Shown: positions 39,601-48,488 of the stretch, in pieces | Layout of the letters: each line of letters starts with the position of its first letter | Position numbering within the stretch: the first letter of the stretch is position 1 | From: Candidatus Latescibacterota bacterium | Lineage (GTDB): Bacteria; Latescibacterota; UBA2968; GCA-2709665 | Reading direction: 5' to 3' | Length of the DNA stretch: 64,000 nucleotides | NCBI GenBank assembly: GCA_965248435.1 | Contig: OZ252100.1 | Coordinates: 1,760,001-1,824,000, forward strand | Program-made: the position numbers and the translations under genes | The notes under the pieces: model-generated | The model's database searches: none | Told to the model about the DNA's origin: nothing | The model's input: the letters and a program-made list of their open reading frames with translations, nothing else

Positions 39601-40525
39601 CCGCTTCATCGAAAAGAGGCGGCGTATCCACGATCACGCGGATCGAGTCCGTCACGTCCTCCCCGAACTGTGTCGAGGCCGTAAAGCGGACACCCGCGAT
39701 CCCGATGAAACTCTGAGAGTTTACGGTCACAACGTGCGTGATGTTGTCGATGGAGACCGATATGCTGTCGGGATCCGGTATGGAGGCCTGCCAGGAGATA
39801 TCGGCGTCCGGCGTGCTCGGATCCTCGATGAACTCGTCCAGGTCCAGCGAGGTATCGATCTGTCCGGGGAGCAGAAACAGGTCTGGAAGCTGAACGTCCA
39901 GGTCAAGACCCTGCACGGTCACCTTCATCGTGGTGATGCGCCGAAAATTGTAGACGCTGCCGGGATCGCTCGAGATAAAGTAGCCCGTCTCCCCGCCCGT
40001 GGGAGATCTCACGTTGACCACGAGTGAAGTCACTCCGTTGGGCGGTTTTCGGATCACGCGAAGAGAAAACCTTGCAGCCACCCCGTCACCCCCAGCCACC
40101 CGCTGGGGGGCACCCTGGAACCTCGGGATCAGCTCGGAGTAGTTCAACTGGAACAACGGTATCTGATTGACCTGGCTGTTGCCGATCTGGTCGCCCAGGG
40201 TGTCGTTGCTGAAGACCTGTCCCGCAAGCCAACCCCCGGAGGTGAAGGGGCGAATGGTCCCTCCCTGCTGGCCGACCGGGATGATCTCCAGGTAGGTGTC
40301 GTCAAAGGACAATATGACGGAGACCTGAGTCACGGCCTCACCCTGGCCTTCCACGAAGGCCTCCACGGTCAGGACCTGTCCAACCTCAACGGTCGGTTCC
40401 GTCGTCTTTGTCGTCTGCTGCCTGACCAGGAGATTCGCCTTCCCGGCCTTACCGGCCAGGACCGGACCCGCCAAGCCCAGAACTGCACATAGGCTTATCA
40501 ATAGCGTAGCAAGCGCGGATTTCAC
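36626..40525 (-). CDS. Large secreted protein: cohesin-like N-terminus, tandem cadherin/Ig-like repeats, FlgD-Ig/T9SS-A-like CTD
   Basis: GTG 40525 followed by a signal peptide; repeated 'LDLDx(F/Y)xxD...W(T/S)AS' units; C-terminal 'QNFPNPFNPATTI...MKMLLLK'. Confidence 0.8.
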   Translation of the reverse strand: MKSALATLLISLCAVLGLAGPVLAGKAGKANLLVRQQTTKTTEPTVEVGQVLTVEAFVEGQGEAVTQVSVILSFDDTYLEIIPVGQQGGTIRPFTSGGWLAGQVFSNDTLGDQIGNSQVNQIPLFQLNYSELIPRFQGAPQRVAGGDGVAARFSLRVIRKPPNGVTSLVVNVRSPTGGETGYFISSDPGSVYNFRRITTMKVTVQGLDLDVQLPDLFLLPGQIDTSLDLDEFIEDPSTPDADISWQASIPDPDSISVSIDNITHVVTVNSQSFIGIAGVRFTASTQFGEDVTDSIRVIVDTPPLFDEAAIPDTIQFLEDGRDSSLVLVAIDPDPGEVLTFSSPDSDTKTFAFIDQNQRVTFTAEPNYFGTETRVFVVEDRFTLTDTVQVVVIVTSVNDPPEYIQAFPDIEIGILGQETLDLPDFVRDVDDLFEALQFSFSGADSIAFDVSPDNRRISITAVPPFMGTRMVDVVARDPSGGTDVQSIRVSVMPLEEPQAPEVIEPYGSQGLKIGVSAGAGVSTVALDTLVNDLDTPKQLLNWSATPVSLVQLIGSALTNRQLQVGSAPDSVGFRQTTLTVTDPTALFDTLSVRIYSASPVTGIPVAGGLPDLIILANTTSTLDLDDYYFDANNTDSDMTWTASGQVGVSVSINTSTHSTVFTAPAVGNGVEEIVFTVADPAGNAANDTMRVIVLNPGSVLLDTGGSVTVEQGGRDTIDLVQFIQVGDPNSVRWDANSVDPTVVFAFPTTREVVLVGLQEGNTFVEITATDTVSGRSDTDSLRVFVVPQGGAGTLQVVDQIAITLTADQDTTIDLNSFLISGNSQNLDWSSNGNQNVGVEIDQQNAILRPIAGFFGNAGAIVFQVQVQDRVTGDERVTLASPVQVVGGSGAAPGGLLEISLVANPVRKNFLDVFVISRRELLSDPFLVVQVGDDPDTKPAPVTVNEVAGVEGMWVGDVVLGDDVIGSVEISATGITETTRIALTDTVRLEIQEAGIQSGFVISNRSLTVALPSGALAKPSIIAIIPQRRRTDSRSPGVEVVHGALQPASEVYWVHATEGDIRGEGEIRFNSALAGRDHLGVYHWDEDFGQWRFVGKGTTGTFPAFGRYGLFLDEVSPIPAEPEVIASRGVLAIPVEETGSGIDSRSIHLTVDGRQVEASYGAEEGTVVWAPDETFDPGDRVLRLELTDLAGNAAVMEREIDLTHLIPIPSEYALHQNFPNPFNPATTIGFEIPERTMVRLTVYNMLGQEVRRLLSEPMKPGQYAISWDARDAVQRSVAGGIYFYRLETEGAVMTMKMLLLK

Positions 40526-40631
40526 AAGCTTGTTTCCGATTTGGAATGGGTGATTCGCGTGTATGCACAAACGGGCGAAACAGAAAATGGAAGATCTTTT
40601 TGACCGGCTATACGAGGTCCCCCCTGGGAAA

Positions 40632-40647
40632 TGCAATTCGCGTGCCA
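40632..40647 (-). promoter_or_regulatory. Sigma-54 promoter for the 40525 operon
   Basis: Minus strand TGGCAC-GCGAA-TTGCA; supports the 40525 start over 40648. Confidence 0.8.
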
Positions 40648-40791
40648 TAGACGGCCTGTTCGACGGTGGGAAACGGGAGGAAAAAAATTCAGCATCTGGA
40701 TAAAATATAGAGAACTCAAGGGTTTGGTGCTACCCGTGCCCGGCCGAGGGGTTCCAGGCCGATGGGGTGGGGGATCGGGACGGAGCCAAGG

Positions 40792-40828
40792 AAAAAGGGC
40801 GGGTTGTGGTCCCTCCACAACCCGCCCT
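40792..40828 (-). terminator. Intrinsic terminator after the 1803-aa gene
   Basis: AGGGCGGGTTGTGG-loop-CCACAACCCGCCCT followed by TTTT (perfect 14-bp stem). Confidence 0.85.
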
Positions 40829-40867
40829 GTAGACCACCGGGGAGAGGATCTCCCCGGAAGGAACTTC

Positions 40868-41830
40868 CTACTTGAGCAGCATCAGTTTCCGAACGGCCTT
40901 GAAGCCCTCGGTCTGCAGCCGGTAGAAGTAGACCCCACTGGCCACCTGCCGGCCAAAGGCATCCTGTCCACTCCAGCGCATCCGATAGCGACCCGCCGCC
41001 TGCGCCTCGCTCACCAGCGTGTTCACGAGCTGTCCCATCACGTTGTAGATCTCCAACCGCACCTCGGACCCCTCAGCCAGATCGTAGCTGATCGTCGTTT
41101 CGGGGTTGAACGGGTTGGGATAGTTCTGGGAGAGCGCGAACTCAGCAGGCACCAGCCGCACTTCCAGGGCCTCGTTCATGTGTATTGGGTTCGTCAGGTG
41201 GTCCGAATCGAACAGCACACCTTCGAAGATCTCGAACCGTGCGTCCTCGAACTCACCCGTCTTCGGACGGAAGGTCAGCACCGCGAGCGATCCCTCGCCC
41301 GAGGCTGCCTGCCCTTCACCGATCGCGCTGGCCAGCGTGATCTGGTCCGGCCCTTCCTGATGGACCAGGAAGAGCGGAGCCGTGGCTCCAGAGCTCGTCA
41401 ACATGTCTCCCTCCGGGCTCTTCGCCTCCACGAACTCATACCGGTCGGCGTCGTAGCGCACCGTCAGCCCCCAGCCCTGCACGGCCTCGGCCTGAGACAG
41501 GTCTGCACTGAGGGTAATCACCTTGCCGATCCGCGCCTTGCCGTCCACGTTCAGGGAAAGCTCGGCATCCCGGTTCACCCCGGGAGCGCTGGCAGCCTTG
41601 ACCAGCCGCCTGGAGGCGGGTGCATCTATGGCCACCCGGCCGAAGTCCTGGGTGAAGATCAGGAAGTCTGCGAAGTTCACCTGGTCGTCTCCGTTCAGGT
41701 CTGCCCTGATGTCGAAGACCGGGTCGCCGGCGTTCGTGCCGAAGCACTTCGCGACGATCAGGAAGTCGTTGAAGTCGACCTTGGAGTCCACATCGGGCAG
41801 GATCAGCCCGCGGATCTCACTGCCCTTCGC
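40868..41830. repeat. Near-identical 3' module shared with 48489-49451
   Basis: Direct repeat at offset 7621. By hand about 22 mismatches over the first ~840 bp. Confidence 0.93.
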
Positions 41831-44800
41831 GTCGTGATACACGATCGGATCGTCGGAGATCACGACGGTAACTTCACCCTCAAACTTGGGCTTGTGACCG
41901 GCATGCTCCACGTCGATCAGCATCGCGTCGCTCAGGGTCAGTCGCGCCTCTGTGGAACGGCTGAGCGTACGGAACCTGACCGTGGCCAGCGTCCCATCGC
42001 CCGATGCGCCCACAGGCGTCCGGCCGATGATCGAGTTCACTAACCCGATCTCGCCCTTGAGGATCCTTCCTGACATATCGGTCAGGTAGTTCTCCAGCAG
42101 GGATCCGTTCGACGTCAGGCTCTCGAACGCCAGCTTCGACGGATCATACTGGAGGTGCACCTCGTAGGTACGCACCGCCTTCGCACCGGTCAGCTCGACG
42201 GTCACGTCGAACGCCTCTCCGGCCTTCACTTCGCCTTCGGGCAGATTCGCCAGGGTCACCATCGCCTCGGCATTGTCGCCTTCCGGCAGGGCCTGCTTGA
42301 AGACCGGGAAGACCGGCTTGATCTTGTTCGTACCGGCGAGGATCAACTGAGACGTCCGGTTCGCGGTCGCGAAGTCTTTGTCCGTCGCGTTCACGATGTT
42401 GTCCCGGTTGATGTCCGCAAAGGTGTTGAAGTTGGCCTCTCCGGGCTGTGTGAAGAGCGCGGCATTGATCGCATTGATGTCCGGATCGCCGATCTGGTTG
42501 TCCGGTTTGCTCGTGCCCGTGCTGTCGGAGAAACCGGCTGCATCCCCGGCCACCAGGGCGGTCCGCTGGACGCCTTCCCCGTCTCTCGTCGGCAGTAATG
42601 CGCTCAGATCGAGACCGGGTTCGACGTTCAGTGTATCGTGTCCGACCAGGTGCCTCGGCACGAACGCCGTGAGAATAAAGCGTCCGGAAGGCACGTTGGT
42701 CAGCGTGAACTTGCCGTCGAAGTCGGTGGTCTGCACCTGCACACCGAACTGATCGGGATTGATGTCCTGCAGCTCGAACAGCGCGTCCGAAATCGCAGAG
42801 AAGCTGCCCACTTCACGCAGTACGAAGGTCACCGAATCGGCCGAGTTCGACCTCCCCTGAAGGGGCACGGTGCCCGAAACCTGCGAGCGAGCGTTGATCG
42901 TTACAGATGTGGGCTGCGGCACGAAGGCACTCACGTCGACGAACAGCGAGTCCAGCATCTTCGTAATCCGCGTACCGCTGTTGTCCAGGCTGATCGTGGT
43001 ACTCACCGTCGAGGCGGTCAGCGATTTCGCCTTCAGGTTCGCGAAGGCGATCGGGAGCTGGCCGTCAAGGCCGCTGAGCGGACTCGTCGCAGCCGGATCC
43101 GAGTAAAGGAAGTCCAGACGCAGGCTGTTCCCAAACGTCAGGGCCACCTGGCTGATGTTACCCGCGAATGCCGCTGGAATCCCCTCGCCCCGGGTGAAGG
43201 GCTGGATCCCGGCTGTGGAAGGATCCACGTCCACGGCTTCCCACTTGTCCGCATCCACCGTCATGAAGATATCCACGACGTGGATGTCCTTGCCGGACGG
43301 GCTGGCCTCTGCGACGATCGGGAACTGGATCACTTCGTCCGTTACCGCGACCATTCGCGTCGGAACAATAAATCGAGAGGTCGTGGGCGGATTCGTCGGA
43401 ACGACGCCCGTAAACGTGATCCGTCCTGGAGCCCGGACCAGGGGCGAACGGTTCCCGAAGTTGACCGTTCCGGAAACACCGCCTGCGACTGCGTCGGCCA
43501 CGGTCCCATCTCGACCGTCGTCCATCGCCACGTAGACGAAATAGGTCTGGCCAACGCCGCCTTTGGTCTGGAGTTCTAAGAATCCGGTGGAGGCCGCGGC
43601 GTCCGCCGTTATACCGGTGATATTTTGAAATAGGTTCAATCGCATACGGTTTCCGATGATCACGAACGACGTATCCACGCCTTCGTTCAGCTCGATCTCT
43701 TCGTTCAGCGACCCGTCGCCCGAGTTCCCGACCCAGAGCCTGTCAAGGGTGCCGTCGAAGGCAGCACCGTCGTCCGAGAAGTCAGTGACCGACCCCCAGG
43801 TCGTCACCTCACCCCAGTCGACGGAGGTCAACAGGATACGGACGTTGTTAGATGCCGTCCTGCTGTTGGGCGAGATACGGCCGCTCGTTCCGGTCGGTAC
43901 CGCCGTCAGTCCGCTCGCATCCTGGTTGTCCACGTCGAACGCCTCCCAGGAGATCATCACGGGCTCGTCCACCGTCACGGTGAGGTCCCGCGAAGGTTCG
44001 ATCACCCGGACGTAGGGCGGATGCAGGAACTCGACGGCCATCTCTACCGATCCCGCGGAGCCCAATGCAGGGTTTTCCAGGGTCAGAGAGACCAGCCGAT
44101 TCTGAGAGGTCGTCCTCATCAGTGCATAGAGGAAGTAGTCCACTCCGGTCCTTGGAATCGTCCCCTCTGGGGAGACATAGGTCCAGAGATCCCACTGGAG
44201 TTGGTTTGCGAATTGCCCGTCCGGGTCCTCAGAGACCGACCCGATCAAGTGGACATCGCTGTTCCCTTCAGCGATCACGGCCAGAAGGTCAGACCCGTCC
44301 GAGTTGCCACTCGTGAACTCCACACTTCCGCGTACGTCGTTGAAGTCCGACCGCGTGGCGTAGTAGATTTCGATCGTGGCATCGTTGTCTATATCGATGT
44401 CACCGCCCAGACCCTGCTCGCCCCACGAGACGGAGACAAACCGCTGAGCAGGACCCGGGTTCAGGTCCTTTCCGTCGGTATCGGCGATCATCTGAGATAC
44501 ATCGATACCCGTGACCACGTCCAGGTCGCCGTCAACTGCAGGGCTGGCATCGAAGTCGTTCAGCGCCCAGAGATCCGGGGTGAGATTCGGTGAATGCTTG
44601 ACGGTCAACTGTGCGGCCACCGGAGTCCCGATGAACGGGTCGTTGAAGACCTGCGATACGGTACGGCCGACACCGTCCGTCGCCGCAAAGTAGACAAAGT
44701 AGGTCGCCTCCGGCACGAAGGAGGAGACCAGATTTGCCGCGTCTCTTACGACCGGATCGAACTCGAACTTCCGGTGAGCGATCGTCAGGGTGTCCGTTCC

Positions 44801-46279
44801 AGAGAGCTTGATCGAACCCGACAGCGAGTCGATCCCGCCTCCAACCAGGTTGCCCACACCCAGGCCGCTCGTTGTGGACAGGAAGATATTCATCGAGAAG
44901 TTGCCCGGGTCGTCGGCGTCCTGCGGCAGGAAGAGCAGGTCCGTCGTGCTTGTCGCGTCGGGGATGAAACCGCTGTTGAAGGAGGGCAGCGGCGTCGCAG
45001 TCCCGTCGGTCTGCTGGGAGAAGAAATCTCCGGAGTCGACGGTGATGTTCGCGTTGTCCTTCAAGTTCCCCGCAGTGGAGGCCAGGGCGATCACATCACT
45101 CGGAACCTGGACCACACCCGTATTGTCGAAATCGTCGCCGCCGTCATTATCGTAGTCCCAGCCGGCTACGACGAACTCCGGTGGATGCAAGACCAGAAGC
45201 GGGCCGCTCCGCGCGAGAAAGACGCCACCAGAAAAATCTCCAAGTACAGTTGGGTCGAACCCGTGCTTTGTGCTGCCCGAATTATTGTTCTGCGGGAATC
45301 TGTCCGGCGCTGGATCGGCCAGCGCGTAGATGTAGTAGACCGTGTTGTTCGCCGTCCCCGCAAGGGAGATCACCCCCGCGACGCTGTCAGCAGCGTCGGA
45401 TGAAAATTCATCCACGAAGTCCTCGCGAATGTAAGTCGAGGGAATGAACGTCGGAACCTGTCGCGTCCCGAGCAGGTCTGTACTGATGTTGCCCGCAGAC
45501 ACGTCCTTTAGCTGACTGAAGAAAGACACAGGTCCCAGTGAGAGCGGACGCTGGATCAGCGTAGAATCTGTCGACAGGTAGAAGGTGTAGAGGACATCCG
45601 AGTTCGGGTTAGTCGGCTCGGTCTCCTGGGCCGTGCCTATGCTCAATCCCGAAAGAGACCTGTGGCTCAGGTCGAGCAGGGCACTGGGGAAGGCCATCTT
45701 GTAGAAGCGTCCCCCGGCAACCGTGGTATCGCCCTGAACGGAGTCCGGCGCCGAGAAACTAAAGGCCCGGATCGGGAAGTTCTGGTGCTTGGACACGGTA
45801 ATCGAACCGTCTGTCTGGTTCGCATCCGCAGACCAGTCCAGGGTATATGACGTGTCCTGCGCCGTACCGTCCGAAATGCCAGCGAAGTTGGTAGCGGTCG
45901 TCAGATCGAACTCGATGATCATCGTCTGACCGGTCAACCCCGTTCCGGACAACCCGAAAGCCATCTGTTGGCTGCCGGGCACTGTTTTGGTGCTAAACCA
46001 GGAGACAGTAGCTGTTTGGGAGGTGGCGGTAACCGAGCCAGTGACCACGCTGAACTCTCCTGGCACCGTAATCGTGAGTGCTTTCCCACTCACAGACGGC
46101 GCTCCCGTTAGCGTGATCTCCATACGCTGATGGTAGGCCTCACCCGCCAACGACGCGATGCCGTTCGGCACCTGGTCCGGGAACAAAGAAACTTGCTGCG
46201 CCCAGCCCATCTGGGGCGCCAGCAAGATTGCGGGAAGGACGATAATGACCGCAATAAAACGCAAGAGCCTGGGGTTCAT
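40868..46279 (-). CDS. Giant secreted cohesin/dockerin surface protein A (1803 aa) with FlgD-Ig/T9SS-A-like CTD
   Basis: Signal peptide; dockerin-like EF loops 'ADINRDNIVNATD' and 'ADLNGDDQVNFADF'; cohesin-like 'GEAFDVTV...YDPSKL' and 'GKVITL...YDADRYEF'; 'QNYPNPFNP...RKLMLLK'. Confidence 0.85.
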   Translation of the reverse strand: MNPRLLRFIAVIIVLPAILLAPQMGWAQQVSLFPDQVPNGIASLAGEAYHQRMEITLTGAPSVSGKALTITVPGEFSVVTGSVTATSQTATVSWFSTKTVPGSQQMAFGLSGTGLTGQTMIIEFDLTTATNFAGISDGTAQDTSYTLDWSADANQTDGSITVSKHQNFPIRAFSFSAPDSVQGDTTVAGGRFYKMAFPSALLDLSHRSLSGLSIGTAQETEPTNPNSDVLYTFYLSTDSTLIQRPLSLGPVSFFSQLKDVSAGNISTDLLGTRQVPTFIPSTYIREDFVDEFSSDAADSVAGVISLAGTANNTVYYIYALADPAPDRFPQNNNSGSTKHGFDPTVLGDFSGGVFLARSGPLLVLHPPEFVVAGWDYDNDGGDDFDNTGVVQVPSDVIALASTAGNLKDNANITVDSGDFFSQQTDGTATPLPSFNSGFIPDATSTTDLLFLPQDADDPGNFSMNIFLSTTSGLGVGNLVGGGIDSLSGSIKLSGTDTLTIAHRKFEFDPVVRDAANLVSSFVPEATYFVYFAATDGVGRTVSQVFNDPFIGTPVAAQLTVKHSPNLTPDLWALNDFDASPAVDGDLDVVTGIDVSQMIADTDGKDLNPGPAQRFVSVSWGEQGLGGDIDIDNDATIEIYYATRSDFNDVRGSVEFTSGNSDGSDLLAVIAEGNSDVHLIGSVSEDPDGQFANQLQWDLWTYVSPEGTIPRTGVDYFLYALMRTTSQNRLVSLTLENPALGSAGSVEMAVEFLHPPYVRVIEPSRDLTVTVDEPVMISWEAFDVDNQDASGLTAVPTGTSGRISPNSRTASNNVRILLTSVDWGEVTTWGSVTDFSDDGAAFDGTLDRLWVGNSGDGSLNEEIELNEGVDTSFVIIGNRMRLNLFQNITGITADAAASTGFLELQTKGGVGQTYFVYVAMDDGRDGTVADAVAGGVSGTVNFGNRSPLVRAPGRITFTGVVPTNPPTTSRFIVPTRMVAVTDEVIQFPIVAEASPSGKDIHVVDIFMTVDADKWEAVDVDPSTAGIQPFTRGEGIPAAFAGNISQVALTFGNSLRLDFLYSDPAATSPLSGLDGQLPIAFANLKAKSLTASTVSTTISLDNSGTRITKMLDSLFVDVSAFVPQPTSVTINARSQVSGTVPLQGRSNSADSVTFVLREVGSFSAISDALFELQDINPDQFGVQVQTTDFDGKFTLTNVPSGRFILTAFVPRHLVGHDTLNVEPGLDLSALLPTRDGEGVQRTALVAGDAAGFSDSTGTSKPDNQIGDPDINAINAALFTQPGEANFNTFADINRDNIVNATDKDFATANRTSQLILAGTNKIKPVFPVFKQALPEGDNAEAMVTLANLPEGEVKAGEAFDVTVELTGAKAVRTYEVHLQYDPSKLAFESLTSNGSLLENYLTDMSGRILKGEIGLVNSIIGRTPVGASGDGTLATVRFRTLSRSTEARLTLSDAMLIDVEHAGHKPKFEGEVTVVISDDPIVYHDAKGSEIRGLILPDVDSKVDFNDFLIVAKCFGTNAGDPVFDIRADLNGDDQVNFADFLIFTQDFGRVAIDAPASRRLVKAASAPGVNRDAELSLNVDGKARIGKVITLSADLSQAEAVQGWGLTVRYDADRYEFVEAKSPEGDMLTSSGATAPLFLVHQEGPDQITLASAIGEGQAASGEGSLAVLTFRPKTGEFEDARFEIFEGVLFDSDHLTNPIHMNEALEVRLVPAEFALSQNYPNPFNPETTISYDLAEGSEVRLEIYNVMGQLVNTLVSEAQAAGRYRMRWSGQDAFGRQVASGVYFYRLQTEGFKAVRKLMLLK

Positions 46280-46649
46280 GTTACGAACTCCTTCCTTGGA
46301 CTATTAAACGACCTGATGAAACGGTTGAAAACGAACTGCTCCGGGAGCCTCCGGCCTGCTCCGACGTCCTTATCGTCTCAGCCGGTCGACTCGGTTCGGG
46401 TGAAAGACCAAATGAAAACGATTGTCCGATCCAAAAAATTCAGTCGGTTGGGTCTGTGTGAGCATAGATATGCCCGGCATACTTTGTCTGAGTAGCGCTG
46501 TGCGCAGACCAACCCTAAGAGTTCTTTGGCACCACAAAGGTTTGCACGTGGCCTCGTAGCCAGGGAAAGGCGCGTTAGATCAATCCGGATCTACCGATGT
46601 TCTATAGACCTGAATTTCATTACAACATTCCGTACCGATGTCCTGGCGG

Positions 46650-46678
46650 GTTGTATCCTTTACTCCTCCATGTGTCAA
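46650..46678 (-). promoter_or_regulatory. Possible sigma-70 promoter for the 1803-aa gene
   Basis: Minus strand TTGACA-17 bp-TACAAC; the -10 element is imperfect. Confidence 0.45.
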
Positions 46679-46970
46679 GTTGCCTGAGTCAGCATCCGTT
46701 CATTTCTGTAACATTCGAGGCGAAACAAAAGGGCATACTTCTCCCACTAACGAAACACCCATCTTGTGTACGTCCTGCCGTGCGTATGTCGCCAGGCGCG
46801 CAGGCGCACTCTACCCGCAGATGCAGTTCAACACCTGGCGTCCCGTTTCTACCTGTGGGCGGACGGATCCCTGCACGGCACCCGCCCGCGACGGCAACGG
46901 GTTGTCCTCACAAACTCCCTTGAAGGAGGCCTTCAGAAAGGTCGCTTGCAGCCTGCCTCGGCAGGCAAAG

Positions 46971-47914
46971 TGTCAAAGATCGATTCAGGTTTCTTGACGC
47001 ATTAGGCTACTTATACTTGATATCGATGTTGAGATCCGCAGACTGTCCGATGCTTCTGCATCTCGCTCTTCTTCTTAACCTCGAAACATGTTTTGCTCCG
47101 TGAACGTATCTGTCCCTGCCCATACCGACCTTGTGACAGGTATGGTGATGCCCCCAGTTGAGCGCCGTAGGCTCAACACCCCAAAAAGGGGCTTTGGTAG
47201 CCTGCATCCCGTACTAACCAGGCAGGCGGAGTGTCAAAGATCCTTCGATCTGATCAGCGGTTGTCTCAGATGTAGATGTACTGGTCCGAGTCCCCGCGAT
47301 TTGATGCGGTTAGCCCTATGTTCCGCTGGAACGAATGCGGCTAAGGGACATACTGCCATCCTACCTCCCGCAGCTCTACTCGGCGGGACACGTTTCAAAG
47401 ATCAAGGGTTGACGAGCAAACCTCGAAGGGAGCTGAGGTCTAGAGCATTCAGGCACAGATAACGCTCGTCCGACTGACACATCCTTGCCTATGCAAGCCG
47501 TGGCTGCATCATCCAGGCCCAGTACAATTCGTCTGTGCAGTTCCGAGCACGAGCTGCAGATTTCTCATTTGCCGGATCCTACGCTCAGTGCTCTTCGAGT
47601 TCCTCCCCCCGGTCCGTGATCGTGTTGTGTAACAGGCGTGACGTCATATATAGATCCATACATCCTTAGCGAGCGCCACGGGTTCCAAGCCCATAGAAGG
47701 GAGCTTCGGCTGCCTGCATCCTGTACCTTCAGGCGGGCGGAGTGTCAAAGATCTTTCGAACTGATCATCGGCTGTCTGAGTTGTAGATGTACTGGTCCGA
47801 GTCCGCCCCGGTCTGATGCGGTTTGCCCTATGTTCCGCTGGAGCGAATGCGGCTCGGGGACAGATTGCCACTCCACCTCCCGTAGCTCAACGGGCGGGAA
47901 GCGTTTCAAAGATC
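46971..47914 (-). promoter_or_regulatory. Five boxA-like GATCTTTGA(C/A)A motifs, each next to a GC hairpin
   Basis: Plus-strand T(G/T)TCAAAGATC at 46971, 47232, 47393, 47743 and 47904. Confidence 0.45.
47160..47666. repeat. 511-bp-period non-coding tandem repeat, copy 1
   Basis: Aligns end to end with 47671-48179. Confidence 0.93.
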
Positions 47915-48179
47915 ATTCAAGGCTCGACAAGCAAACCTGGAAGGGAACCGAGTCTAAGCATTCAGGCGCAGATAACGCTCGTCCGACTGACACATTCTTG
48001 CCTATGCAAGCCGTGGCTGCATCATCCAGGCCCAGTACAATTCGTCTGTGCAGTGCCGAGCACGAGCTGCAGATTTCTCATTTGCCGAATCCTACGCTCG
48101 GTGCTCTTCGAGTTCCTCCCCCCGGTCCGTGATCGTGTTGTGTAACTGGCGTGACGTCATATATAGATCCATACATCCT
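47671..48179. repeat. 511-bp-period non-coding tandem repeat, copy 2
   Basis: Right 223 bp differ from copy 1 at 6 positions; the left part is more diverged and has indels. Confidence 0.93.
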
Positions 48180-48488
48180 GCTGGATGTATCAGGGCTATG
48201 GGATTTGATTTTCGATCGGGCAAATGACCCTCAGCGACTTGCCGGGCTTCCAGACTCGACTCGCCTCGCCGGTTGGCCTTAAGCCAGTCGCCCAGTTCGA
48301 GCGCTATTCGCCGCTCCGATCTGGCTTTGTCATTGGGAGCATCGTTCGTTATCTCTCACGATGGGATGGACCAAACCTTCGGTCCTACGCCGCCAAACGC
48401 ATACAGAGTTGCACAAAACCTCTCTCGACGGTCCAGCCGAACTCTGGTCGCGGTAACCCATTATTCGAATAGCGCCTGGCGAATCACT

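Noticed and set aside
40631-42043. 470-aa + strand ORF, and the similar 645-aa ORF at 48273-50210
   Set aside because: Antisense shadows of the giant genes; they resemble each other only because of the duplicated 3' module.
46527-46546. TGGCAC...TTGCA sigma-54-like site
   Set aside because: GG-to-GC spacing is 14 nt rather than 10, and it points away from the adjacent gene.
46951-47914. CRISPR array
   Set aside because: The motif is only 11 bp, spacing is irregular (161-350 bp), the intervening DNA is itself duplicated, and there are no cas genes.
47088-48145. Short ORFs (109-164 aa) inside the tandem repeat, and a 26-codon minus-strand ORF
   Set aside because: Reading frames and stops are not conserved between copies; no RBS; atypical amino-acid composition.
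47160-48179. Diversity-generating retroelement TR/VR pair
   Set aside because: Mismatches are not adenine-specific, there are indels, neither copy lies in a gene, and no reverse transcriptase is in the window.
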